Shown: positions 1 to 8,603 of the stretch, one piece after another
How positions within the stretch are numbered: the first letter of the stretch is position 1
Layout: each line of letters begins with the position of its first letter
NCBI GenBank assembly: GCA_050949565.1
Contig: JBMNFY010000017.1
Span: 768,001-832,000, forward strand
Origin: Kiritimatiellia bacterium
GTDB taxonomy: Bacteria > Verrucomicrobiota > Kiritimatiellia > RFP12 > UBA1067
Length of the DNA stretch: 64,000 nt
Direction: 5' to 3'
Position numbers and translations under genes: made by a program
The notes under the pieces: generated by a model
Seen by the model: only the letters and a program-made list of their open reading frames with translations
Databases searched by the model: none
Told to the model about the DNA's origin: nothing

Positions 1-2
1 CC

Positions 3-1001
3 CAGCGTGCCGCGCGCAGTGTGTTCGCGGAGTTGGATGCGATTGTCAGGCGTTACGGCGCGATTGAAATCGTGCTAAAAGACGACCGTCTGCTCTTGAA
101 CGGCTCGTTGGACGGCATGGATGCCACATCGGCCAGGAATCTGCTTGACCGCATGATCATGCACAAAATCGGCGGACTGCTTTTCCTGCCGCCGGTCGAC
201 CGCGATGAGTTTCTCGTCTGCATCGCTCTATTCGGCACGCCGCCCGCCACGCTAGTGGAGGAGAAAGGAGGCTTCGAGGCTGCGCTAAAACAGGCCAACC
301 TGCGCAGCATACAGGCCGTGGAGGTGGCCTACCAGCGCGTCTCTGACCCCGACCGCCCTGAGCCTTCGGTCGTCACGCCGCCTGCATCCATCATTGCCGA
401 CGTTGAAGACTTGGCGGCCGCTTGGGCGCGTAATTTCAGCATGCAGAACGGGGTGTCTGACGAACCTACGGCATCGGCCGAGACACGGCAGAGCCGCGCC
501 CAGCAACTGGCTGTCCTGCTGCGCGAAACCGCCTCAGTGCTGGAACACGACTTGGATCTGGACAGTGACCAACGGCGACAACAGATTCTAGAGGCCATCG
601 TCCGGATCCGCGAGGCGTTGGCGGAGGTTACCCGGGAATCGGAACGTCACATCGCCGCTTTGGCGGATCAGGTGGACGCCGACCGCCAGACCATCGCCAG
701 CATCGAATCCGCTGCACGGCGGCGCGGCCTCGGTATCCGGCTGACGCGTGCCGAACTGGTGGAGCGCTATGCGGAACTGAATCAAGAGATCATCCAACCG
801 CTGACCGTCTCGACCGGTGTGATCGACATGCTCGGTTCCGGTAATGCGGGACCGCTCACCCCCTCGCAGCACGATATGTTGCGCCTCGCCGCCGAAAGCA
901 TTGAGCGCGTCAACCAACTCGTTGCCTACATGCGCCGCATTGCGGGCCTGCCCACCAGCCTGACGCCGGATATGGATGTGATCGACGACACCTACCGCTG
1001 A
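3..1001 (+). CDS. Hypothetical protein, 5'-partial, with coiled-coil region and degenerate HisKA(DHp)-like C-terminus
   Basis: Frame is open back to the window edge. C-terminal AELNQEIIQPLTVSTGVIDML...LTPSQHDMLRLAAESIERVNQLV resembles the DHp pattern SHELRTPL with His replaced by Gln; no ATPase domain follows. Confidence 0.6.
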   Translation, partial: QRAARSVFAELDAIVRRYGAIEIVLKDDRLLLNGSLDGMDATSARNLLDRMIMHKIGGLLFLPPVDRDEFLVCIALFGTPPATLVEEKGGFEAALKQANLRSIQAVEVAYQRVSDPDRPEPSVVTPPASIIADVEDLAAAWARNFSMQNGVSDEPTASAETRQSRAQQLAVLLRETASVLEHDLDLDSDQRRQQILEAIVRIREALAEVTRESERHIAALADQVDADRQTIASIESAARRRGLGIRLTRAELVERYAELNQEIIQPLTVSTGVIDMLGSGNAGPLTPSQHDMLRLAAESIERVNQLVAYMRRIAGLPTSLTPDMDVIDDTYR

Positions 1002-1021
1002 GCGCGCGGGGCGCGCTCAGC
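997..1021 (+). terminator. GC-rich hairpin at the 3' end of the first CDS
   Basis: GCTGAGCGCGC-GGG-GCGCGCTCAGC perfect 11-bp stem overlapping the stop codon; weak U tract. Confidence 0.45.
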
Positions 1022-1023
1022 GG

Positions 1024-1242
1024 ATTTAGGAGTTGGGAGTTAGGATTTAGGAGTTTAACGCAGAGGCGCAGAGACGCAGAGGTTTCTTTTTTTGGGGGGG
1101 ATCGGGTTTTTGAATCCACAGATTACACAGATTACACAGATTTTTTGAGGGATGGCATGGCTCGGGTTTTTGGAACCGCCAAGACGCCATGAACGCCAAG
1201 GGCACCCCTAGTTTTCATGAAGTTTCATGTGTTTCATGGTTT
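1024..1242. repeat. Modular intergenic repeat array (7-mer run plus three 9-mer-periodic modules joined by conserved linkers)
   Basis: TTTAGGA-like 7-mers; AACGCAGAGGCGCAGAGACGCAGAG; ATCCACAGATTACACAGATTACACAGA; AACCGCCAAGACGCCATGAACGCCAAG; linker GGCATGGCTCGGGTTTTTGG and end block TTTCATGAAGTTTCATGTGTTTCATGGTT shared with the 143-bp array. Confidence 0.8.
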
Positions 1243-1350
1243 CAATAGACACGTTGTTGCGGGCGAGGACGCCCGCGCTCCCGGCTCTCTGCTCCCCTTT
1301 TCACCAGAAACGCATTGTCTTCGCACACCCCTGTCACTAACCGGATTACG

Positions 1351-1695
1351 TCAGTTGGACGGTAGCGCGTGCTCATAACCCGCAGCAGCGGTATAATCGC
1401 AAGACGGGTTGGCATCCGCGTCGCCGACCGTGTAGACGCCGCCAGCCGGGCATTTCGGCTCGACCTTGATGTATCTTTCATTCCCGAACAGGTCGCCTGA
1501 AGTAACACCGCCGTTGGCCATAAGCGACTGATCCTTCGCGTTCTGGATCTGCTTGAGGTTCACGATACAGGCGTTCTGGCGCGACTTTTTGCGTGACAAG
1601 AGGTAATTCGGGATGGCGATCACGGCCAAGATGCCGATGACCGCAACCACGGTCATGATTTCAACGAGCGTGAAACCCTTGCGGTTCTTTTTCAT
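1351..1695 (-). CDS. pilA: Type IV pilin (prepilin, class III signal), 114 aa
   Basis: MKKNRKG|FTLVEIMTVVAVIGILAVIAIPNY N-methyl-Phe motif with Glu5; C-terminal Cys pair; purine-rich RBS upstream. Start re-assigned from 1770 to the ATG at 1695. Confidence 0.9.
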   Translation of the reverse strand: MKKNRKGFTLVEIMTVVAVIGILAVIAIPNYLLSRKKSRQNACIVNLKQIQNAKDQSLMANGGVTSGDLFGNERYIKVEPKCPAGGVYTVGDADANPSCDYTAAAGYEHALPSN

Positions 1696-1723
1696 GGGCG
1701 TCCCTTCTTTCCTCTTTGACTCG

Positions 1724-1739
1724 GGCAAAATCTGTGCCA
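1724..1739 (-). promoter_or_regulatory. sigma54 (-24/-12) promoter of pilin 1351-1695
   Basis: Minus strand TGGCACAGATTTTGCC = GG-N10-GC consensus, 28 bp upstream of the ATG. Confidence 0.8.
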
Positions 1740-1785
1740 AGAGAGTAACATGAGCAAGATGCCTGTGCACACCTGCAAGCGAGAG

Positions 1786-1861
1786 GTTTTTTCGAGGGAA
1801 TCGAAAGAGTCGAATGATTCGATTCCATCGATTCTCTCGGTTCCATCGGCGGTTTTATGCC
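1786..1861. repeat. ~75-bp TCGA-periodic element, inverted homologue of 4289-4363 and 7399-7473
   Basis: GTTTTTTCGAGGGAATCGAAAGAGTCGAATGATTCGATTCCATCGATT...CGGTTTTATGCC is the approximate reverse complement of GGCATAAAACCG...ATCGATGGGATCGAATCTTTCGAATCTTTCGATTCTCTCGAAAAAC. Confidence 0.75.
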
Positions 1862-1930
1862 ACACGTTGCCGCACTGTGACGGAGAAGCCGAGCGGAGGA
1901 CTTTTACTCTCACCGCCGCGGGCCGCAAAT

Positions 1931-1967
1931 AAAAAGAGGGCGTCCCCTGCAGGACGCCCTCCTTTAT
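1931..1967 (-). terminator. Intrinsic terminator after pilin 1980-2351
   Basis: AAAAA-GAGGGCGTCC-CCTGCA-GGACGCCCTC-CTTT: 10-bp stem followed by a T tract on the minus strand. Confidence 0.8.
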
Positions 1968-1979
1968 CACGCGCCTTCG

Positions 1980-2351
1980 TTATGGAGTCGGCGTAGCGGC
2001 GGCTGGTTCCGGGATCTTGTGTTCATAGCCCGCAGCAGCAGCGTAGCTACAGGTCGGGTCGGTATCCGCATCGCCGAGGGTATATGCGGTATCAGGCTGG
2101 GCCGGGCAGCGCGGCTCGACCTTGATGTACTTTCCAGCTCCGAACAGGTCAGCGGCTGTAACGCCTTGGCCAGCCAGCAGCGACTGCTCCTTCGCGCCCT
2201 GAATCTGCTTCAGGTTTGCGATGCAGGCGTTCATGTGCGACTTCTTGCGCGACAAGAGGAAGTTCGGGATGGCGATCGCGGCCAGAATGCCGATGATCGC
2301 AACCACGATCATAATCTCAACGAGCGTGAAGCCCTTGCGGTTCTTTTTCAT
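1980..2351 (-). CDS. pilA: Type IV pilin (paralogue of 1351-1695), 123 aa
   Basis: MKKNRKG|FTLVEIMIVVAIIGILAAIAIPNF; collinear similarity to the neighbouring pilin plus a Pro/Ala/Thr-rich tail. Confidence 0.9.
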   Translation of the reverse strand: MKKNRKGFTLVEIMIVVAIIGILAAIAIPNFLLSRKKSHMNACIANLKQIQGAKEQSLLAGQGVTAADLFGAGKYIKVEPRCPAQPDTAYTLGDADTDPTCSYAAAAGYEHKIPEPAAATPTP

Positions 2352-2422
2352 GACTTGTCCTTTCTTTTCTCTAACGTTAGTTGTCGATCAACCGGCATCC
2401 TGTCGGTTTGCGACTCATATTG

Positions 2423-2438
2423 AGCACAACCTGTGCCA
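2423..2438 (-). promoter_or_regulatory. sigma54 promoter of pilin 1980-2351
   Basis: Minus strand TGGCACAGGTTGTGCT, GG-N10-GC. Confidence 0.75.
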
Positions 2439-2795
2439 AGAGAGAGTGAATAACGAATAACTAATAACGAATAGCGGGGAGAAGTAACAAGTCATAGGTA
2501 AGAGGTGAGAGGCAGTAAGCAATAGGTAGTGGGCAGTAGGCAGTAGGCAGCTGGGCAGTGGGCAGTGGAGGCGTTTACTTGCACGACGGCGTGAACGCCG
2601 TCCACAGGACTGGGGCGTGTTTTTGAGGCAGTGCTTTTAGACTCGCCGGTGCGGGCCACTGCGTGGTCGCAACAATCGCTCCCGACCACTCCTATATCCC
2701 AAATCCCAAATCCTAAATGTTAAATGCTTCCGTGCGCAGCTCGGAAGCCGAACTTCTCAAAAGTGATAGCTTTTTGCAAAAACGACAAGGAAATC

Positions 2796-4169
2796 TTATT
2801 TTTCGGCGGGTACGGGGTCTTCGGCCAGCTTGCGATAGAGGGTCGCCAGACTTACTTGGAGGGTCTGGGCAGCCTTCTCCTTGTCGCCGTTAGTGGAGGC
2901 GAGGATCTGTTCCAGATACTCTTTTTCCTTAGCCTTCAGAAAGCCTTTGAGCGAGGTGTTGGCTTGCACCGGGGCGGAGGTTTGCTGCGCCTTGGCTTCA
3001 CTGGCGCGGGTAACGATGCGCGGCGGCAACAGATCCGGGGTGATGGTATCGGACTGCAGGAAGGTCACAGCGTGCTTGATAGCGTTTTCCAATTCACGGC
3101 CGTTACCGGGCCAAGCGTAGGCCACGAGCAGATCGGCGGCTTCTTGCGAAAGCGTGGGCTGGACCTCCGTGCCGGCGGTTTCGGTGCGAATGAAGTGGCG
3201 CGCGAGCGGCAGAATGTCCTCGGGACGATCGCGCAGGGCCGGTATGTCGAGGGTGATGACCGCCAAGCGATAGTAGAGGTCGGCACGGAAGGCGCCTTGG
3301 GTGACAAGTTGCTCCAAGTTGGAGTTACTGGCCGCGATCACGCGCACATCGACCGGAATATTTGTATTGCCGCCGACACGCCGGATCTCCTTTTCCTGCA
3401 AGACGCGCAACAGTTTGCCTTGCAACTGCAAGGGCAACGAAGAGATTTCGTCAAGGAAGAGCGTACCGCCGTCGGCGGTCTCGAAGAGCCCCTCTTTGTC
3501 GACGACCGCCCCGGTGAAAGACCCCTTGACGTGGCCGAACATCTCCGATTCCAGCAAGTTTTCGGGCAACGCGGCACAGTTCACTGCCACCCACGGCTTC
3601 TCTTTACGGGGGCTGGTGTTGTGGATCGTGCGCGCAATGACCTCCTTGCCGGTGCCGCTTTCGCCGTTGATCAACACGGTGGCAGCGGTAGGGCCGACGC
3701 GCTGGATCATCTCGCAGACCTGCAACATGGCGCTGTTAGCGGCGATAAGGTTTTCAAATTGGTAGCGCAGCGGGGCGTTGGGGTCGGCAACGGCGGCGGC
3801 CGCATTCTTGGAGGATTCGATGGCGCGCTTGACGATGTCCAGCATTTCATCGACCTTGAAGGGCTTCGAGAGATAGTCGAACGCGCCGTTTTTCAAGGCC
3901 TCGATGGCAGTTTCAACCGAGGCATAGGCCGTGAGCAGGATCACGGGGAGGTCGGGCTGGAGCTTCTTGATCTCCTTAAAAAGCTCCAGGCCGTCCATCG
4001 GCGACATGCGCAGATCAGTGATGACCAAGTCAAAAGTGTCACTCTTGACGGCATCTAATGCGCTGTTGCCGTCTTTGGCCGTGACAACGTCATAGCCGTT
4101 TGCCTTGAGCAAACTCTGCAACAGCAACAGAATACGCGCTTCATCATCTACGATCAGAATTTTGGGCAT
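2796..4169 (-). CDS. sigma54-dependent response regulator (NtrC/PilR-like: REC-AAA+-HTH), copy 1
   Basis: REC (ILIVDDE, DLRM), Walker A GESGTGKE, GSFTGA loop, LFLDEI, WPGNGRELEN, C-terminal Fis-like HTH (SLATLYRKL). Confidence 0.95.
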   Translation of the reverse strand: MPKILIVDDEARILLLLQSLLKANGYDVVTAKDGNSALDAVKSDTFDLVITDLRMSPMDGLELFKEIKKLQPDLPVILLTAYASVETAIEALKNGAFDYLSKPFKVDEMLDIVKRAIESSKNAAAAVADPNAPLRYQFENLIAANSAMLQVCEMIQRVGPTAATVLINGESGTGKEVIARTIHNTSPRKEKPWVAVNCAALPENLLESEMFGHVKGSFTGAVVDKEGLFETADGGTLFLDEISSLPLQLQGKLLRVLQEKEIRRVGGNTNIPVDVRVIAASNSNLEQLVTQGAFRADLYYRLAVITLDIPALRDRPEDILPLARHFIRTETAGTEVQPTLSQEAADLLVAYAWPGNGRELENAIKHAVTFLQSDTITPDLLPPRIVTRASEAKAQQTSAPVQANTSLKGFLKAKEKEYLEQILASTNGDKEKAAQTLQVSLATLYRKLAEDPVPAEK

Positions 4170-4387
4170 AACCGTGATCCCAACTCCAATTCACACTCAA
4201 TGGGCGGTAATTATAGGGAAAATGGGTGTGAAAGGCAAGGATGGGCACGCACGCGTGACGGAACGCGAGTGCCTGATTAAACGCGCAAGGCATAAAACCG
4301 TCGGGAAAATCGAAAAAATCGATGGGATCGAATCTTTCGAATCTTTCGATTCTCTCGAAAAACAATTCCCGCTCAGGGCGACCGCCC

Positions 4388-5473
4388 CTAGTTGATCACG
4401 GTGCTGAGCTTGAAGATCGGCAGGTACATGGCGATCACGATGCCGCCGATAATAATACCTAGAAAGACCATGAGCATCGGCTCCATCAGTGACGTCAAGG
4501 CGGCAAGTGTCGATTCGACCTCGTCGTCGTACGTGTCGGCGACGCTATCGAGCATTTCATCGATGCGGCCGCTCTTCTCGCCAGCAGCGATCATGCGGAC
4601 CATAAGAGTCGGCAGGTAGGGCTTGCCCTCCAGTGACGTACTGAGGCTGTCGCCCTGTTCAATGCCTTCGCGGGCGGCTAGGATCGAGCCCTCGATCACT
4701 TTGTTGCCGATGGAGAGGGCCACGACCTGCATGGCGTCGAGAATCGGCACGCCGCTGACCAGCATTTGTGCGAAGAGGCGGCTGAAGCGTGCGATGGCGA
4801 CCTTCTGTACCAGCTCGCCGAAGACCGGCAACCTGAGAACAAGCGCGTCGTACTGATAGCGTCCCGCCTTGGAGGCTTTCCACTTGCGGAACGCGAAGAC
4901 GATCACCACAATAGCGGGAAACACCACATACCAATATTTCCGGATGAAGTCGCTCATGTTGACCAGCATGCGGGTCGGCCCCGGCAATGCGGAGCCGAAG
5001 CCCTCGAACATTTCCGCGAAGACCGGCACCACGAAGGTGATCAAAGCACCGGCGATGATCAGTGCGATCGTAAGCACGATAACCGGGTAAGCCATGGCTG
5101 ACTTGACCTTGCGCACCAGCCTTGCGGATGCGTCCAGCATGGCGGCCAAGCGCCTGAGTACAGGTGCGAACTGGCCGCTCTTCTCGCCGGCGGCGACCAT
5201 ATTGAGGTACATGTCATCGAAGATCTGGGGGAAGTGCCGCAGTCCGTCAGAAAAGGGCATGCCACTCTCGATGCTCTCGCGCAACACGCGCAGCACGCGC
5301 TTGAAACCCGGATGCGCACATTGATCTTCCAGGGTCGAGACGGCTGCCAGAATCGACATGCCGGCGTTCAGCATGCTGGCGGTCTGCCGGGTGAAGGGGA
5401 TCAGCTCGTTCTTGAGGATTTTTTTGACGCCGCTGACGCGGAGAGTGGGAATCTTTGATGTTTTCGCTGACAT
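4388..5473 (-). CDS. pilC: Type IV pilus platform protein PilC/GspF, copy 1
   Basis: Two T2SSF repeats (FTRQTASMLNAG, AGEKSG twice, SAMAYP, LMEP...MYLPIF). Confidence 0.95.
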   Translation of the reverse strand: MSAKTSKIPTLRVSGVKKILKNELIPFTRQTASMLNAGMSILAAVSTLEDQCAHPGFKRVLRVLRESIESGMPFSDGLRHFPQIFDDMYLNMVAAGEKSGQFAPVLRRLAAMLDASARLVRKVKSAMAYPVIVLTIALIIAGALITFVVPVFAEMFEGFGSALPGPTRMLVNMSDFIRKYWYVVFPAIVVIVFAFRKWKASKAGRYQYDALVLRLPVFGELVQKVAIARFSRLFAQMLVSGVPILDAMQVVALSIGNKVIEGSILAAREGIEQGDSLSTSLEGKPYLPTLMVRMIAAGEKSGRIDEMLDSVADTYDDEVESTLAALTSLMEPMLMVFLGIIIGGIVIAMYLPIFKLSTVIN

Positions 5474-5545
5474 GCAGAGACCTTTCCTGAAAATTATTCG
5501 CTACCGGTGACTTCAAGGGCGGCACGCAGGGAAGTACTCATATTG

Positions 5546-5561
5546 AGCACAACCTGTGCCA
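5546..5561 (-). promoter_or_regulatory. Duplicated pilin sigma54 promoter now facing pilC copy 1
   Basis: Identical TGGCACAGGTTGTGCT, 72 bp upstream of the pilC ATG at 5473. Confidence 0.7.
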
Positions 5562-5905
5562 AGAGAGAGTGAATAACGAATAACTAATAACGAATAGCGG
5601 GGAGAAGTAACAAGTCATAGGTAAGAGGTGAGAGGCAGTAAGCAATAGGTAGTGGGCAGTGGGCAGTAGGCAGTGGGCAGTGGAGGCGTTTACTTGCACG
5701 ACGGCGTGAACGCCGTCCGCAGGACTGGGGCGTATTTTTGAAGCAGTGCTTTTAGACTCGCCGGTGCGGGCCACTGCGTGGCCGCAACAATCGCTCCCGA
5801 CCACTCCTAAATCCCAAATCCTAAATGTTAAATGCTTCCGTGCGCAGCTCGGAAGCCGAACTTCTCAAAAGTGATAGCTTTTTTGCAGAAACGACAAGAA
5901 AACTC

Positions 5906-7279
5906 TTATTTTTCGGCAGGTGCAGGGTCGTCGGCCAGCTTGCGATAGAGGGTCGCCAGACTTACTTGGAGGGTCTGGGCAGCCTTCTCCTTGTCGCCGT
6001 TAGTGGAGGCGAGGATCTGTTCCAGATACTCTTTTTCCTTAGCCTTCAGAAAGCCTTTGAGCGAGGTGTTGGCTTGCACCGGGGCGGAGGTTTGCTGCGC
6101 CTTGGCTTCACTGGCGCGGGTAACGATGCGCGGCGGCAACAGATCCGGGGTGATGGTATCGGACTGCAGGAAGGTCACAGCGTGCTTGATAGCGTTTTCC
6201 AATTCACGGCCGTTACCGGGCCAAGCGTAGGCCACGAGCAGATCGGCGGCTTCTTGCGAAAGCGTGGGCTGGACCTCCGTGCCGGCGGTTTCGGTGCGAA
6301 TGAAGTGGCGCGCGAGCGGCAGAATGTCCTCGGGACGATCGCGCAGGGCCGGTATGTCGAGGGTGATGACCGCCAAGCGATAGTAGAGGTCGGCACGGAA
6401 GGCGCCTTGGGTGACAAGTTGCTCCAAGTTGGAGTTACTGGCCGCGATCACGCGCACATCGACCGGAATATTTGTATTGCCGCCGACACGCCGGATCTCC
6501 TTTTCCTGCAAGACGCGCAACAGTTTGCCTTGCAACTGCAAGGGCAACGAAGAGATTTCGTCAAGGAAGAGCGTACCGCCGTCGGCGGTCTCGAAGAGCC
6601 CCTCTTTGTCGACGACCGCCCCGGTGAAAGACCCCTTGACGTGGCCGAACATCTCCGATTCCAGCAAGTTTTCGGGCAACGCGGCACAGTTCACTGCCAC
6701 CCACGGCTTCTCTTTACGGGGGCTGGTGTTGTGGATCGTGCGCGCAATGACCTCCTTGCCGGTGCCGCTTTCGCCGTTGATCAACACGGTGGCAGCGGTA
6801 GGGCCGACGCGCTGGATCATCTCGCAGACCTGCAACATGGCGCTGTTAGCGGCGATAAGGTTTTCAAATTGGTAGCGCAGCGGGGCGTTGGGGTCGGCAA
6901 CGGCGGCGGCCGCATTCTTGGAGGATTCGATGGCGCGCTTGACGATGTCCAGCATTTCATCGACCTTGAAGGGCTTCGAGAGATAGTCGAACGCGCCGTT
7001 TTTCAAGGCCTCGATGGCAGTTTCAACCGAGGCATAGGCCGTGAGCAGGATCACGGGGAGGTCGGGCTGGAGCTTCTTGATCTCCTTAAAAAGCTCCAGG
7101 CCGTCCATCGGCGACATGCGCAGATCAGTGATGACCAAGTCAAAAGTGTCACTCTTGACGGCATCTAATGCGCTGTTGCCGTCTTTGGCCGTGACAACGT
7201 CATAGCCGTTTGCCTTGAGCAAACTCTGCAACAGCAACAGAATACGCGCTTCATCATCTACGATCAGAATTTTTGGCAT
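5906..7279 (-). CDS. sigma54-dependent response regulator (NtrC/PilR-like), copy 2
   Basis: Identical to 2796-4169 except the C-terminus (LADDPAPAEK vs LAEDPVPAEK). Confidence 0.95.
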   Translation of the reverse strand: MPKILIVDDEARILLLLQSLLKANGYDVVTAKDGNSALDAVKSDTFDLVITDLRMSPMDGLELFKEIKKLQPDLPVILLTAYASVETAIEALKNGAFDYLSKPFKVDEMLDIVKRAIESSKNAAAAVADPNAPLRYQFENLIAANSAMLQVCEMIQRVGPTAATVLINGESGTGKEVIARTIHNTSPRKEKPWVAVNCAALPENLLESEMFGHVKGSFTGAVVDKEGLFETADGGTLFLDEISSLPLQLQGKLLRVLQEKEIRRVGGNTNIPVDVRVIAASNSNLEQLVTQGAFRADLYYRLAVITLDIPALRDRPEDILPLARHFIRTETAGTEVQPTLSQEAADLLVAYAWPGNGRELENAIKHAVTFLQSDTITPDLLPPRIVTRASEAKAQQTSAPVQANTSLKGFLKAKEKEYLEQILASTNGDKEKAAQTLQVSLATLYRKLADDPAPAEK

Positions 7280-7497
7280 AACCGTGATCCCAACTCCAAT
7301 TCACACTCAATGGGCGGTAATTATAGGGAAAATGGGTGTGAAAGGCAAGGATGGGCACGCACGCGTGACGGAACGCGAGTGCCTGATTAAACGCGCAAGG
7401 CATAAAACCGTCGGGAAAATCGAAAAAATCGATGGGATCGAATCTTTCGAATCTTTCGATTCTCTCGAAAAACAATTCCCGCTCAGGGCGACCGCCC

Positions 7498-8583
7498 CTA
7501 GTTGATCACGGTGCTGAGCTTGAAGATCGGCAGGTACATGGCGATCACGATGCCGCCGATAATAATACCTAGAAAGACCATGAGCATCGGCTCCATCAGT
7601 GACGTCAAGGCGGCAAGTGTCGATTCGACCTCGTCGTCGTACGTGTCGGCGACGCTATCGAGCATTTCATCGATGCGGCCGCTCTTCTCGCCAGCAGCGA
7701 TCATGCGGACCATAAGAGTCGGCAGGTAGGGCTTGCCCTCCAGTGACGTACTGAGGCTGTCGCCCTGTTCAATGCCTTCGCGGGCGGCTAGGATCGAGCC
7801 CTCGATCACTTTGTTGCCGATGGAGAGGGCCACGACCTGCATGGCGTCGAGAATCGGCACGCCGCTGACCAGCATTTGTGCGAAGAGGCGGCTGAAGCGT
7901 GCGATGGCGACCTTCTGTACCAGCTCGCCGAAGACCGGCAACCTGAGAACAAGCGCGTCGTACTGATAGCGTCCCGCCTTGGAGGCTTTCCACTTGCGGA
8001 ACGCGAAGACGATCACCACAATAGCGGGAAACACCACATACCAATATTTCCGGATGAAGTCGCTCATGTTGACCAGCATGCGGGTCGGCCCCGGCAATGC
8101 GGAGCCGAAGCCCTCGAACATTTCCGCGAAGACCGGCACCACGAAGGTGATCAAAGCACCGGCGATGATCAGTGCGATCGTAAGCACGATAACCGGGTAA
8201 GCCATGGCTGACTTGACCTTGCGCACCAGCCTTGCGGATGCGTCCAGCATGGCGGCCAAGCGCCTGAGTACAGGTGCGAACTGGCCGCTCTTCTCGCCGG
8301 CGGCGACCATATTGAGGTACATGTCATCGAAGATCTGGGGGAAGTGCCGCAGTCCGTCAGAAAAGGGCATGCCACTCTCGATGCTCTCGCGCAACACGCG
8401 CAGCACGCGCTTGAAACCCGGATGCGCACATTGATCTTCCAGGGTCGAGACGGCTGCCAGAATCGACATGCCGGCGTTCAGCATGCTGGCGGTCTGCCGG
8501 GTGAAGGGGATCAGCTCGTTCTTGAGGATTTTTTTGACGCCGCTGACGCGGAGAGTGGGAATCTTTGATGTTTTCGCTGACAT
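7498..8583 (-). CDS. pilC: PilC/GspF, copy 2 (native position after pilB)
   Basis: Protein identical to 4388-5473. Confidence 0.95.
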   Translation of the reverse strand: MSAKTSKIPTLRVSGVKKILKNELIPFTRQTASMLNAGMSILAAVSTLEDQCAHPGFKRVLRVLRESIESGMPFSDGLRHFPQIFDDMYLNMVAAGEKSGQFAPVLRRLAAMLDASARLVRKVKSAMAYPVIVLTIALIIAGALITFVVPVFAEMFEGFGSALPGPTRMLVNMSDFIRKYWYVVFPAIVVIVFAFRKWKASKAGRYQYDALVLRLPVFGELVQKVAIARFSRLFAQMLVSGVPILDAMQVVALSIGNKVIEGSILAAREGIEQGDSLSTSLEGKPYLPTLMVRMIAAGEKSGRIDEMLDSVADTYDDEVESTLAALTSLMEPMLMVFLGIIIGGIVIAMYLPIFKLSTVIN

Positions 8584-8603
8584 GCAGAGACCTTTCCTGA
8601 AAA

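Larger units (their letters stand above)
2413..5535. repeat. Tandem duplication unit 1 (3123 bp): pilin promoter, activator, pilC and last 42 bp of pilB
   Basis: Begins ACTCATATTGAGCAC and ends GGCACGCAGGGAAGT; near-identical to 5536-8645. Confidence 0.92.

Noticed and set aside
2724-4058. 444/447-aa plus-strand ORFs (also 5825-7168)
   Set aside because: Antisense shadows of the sigma54 response regulator.
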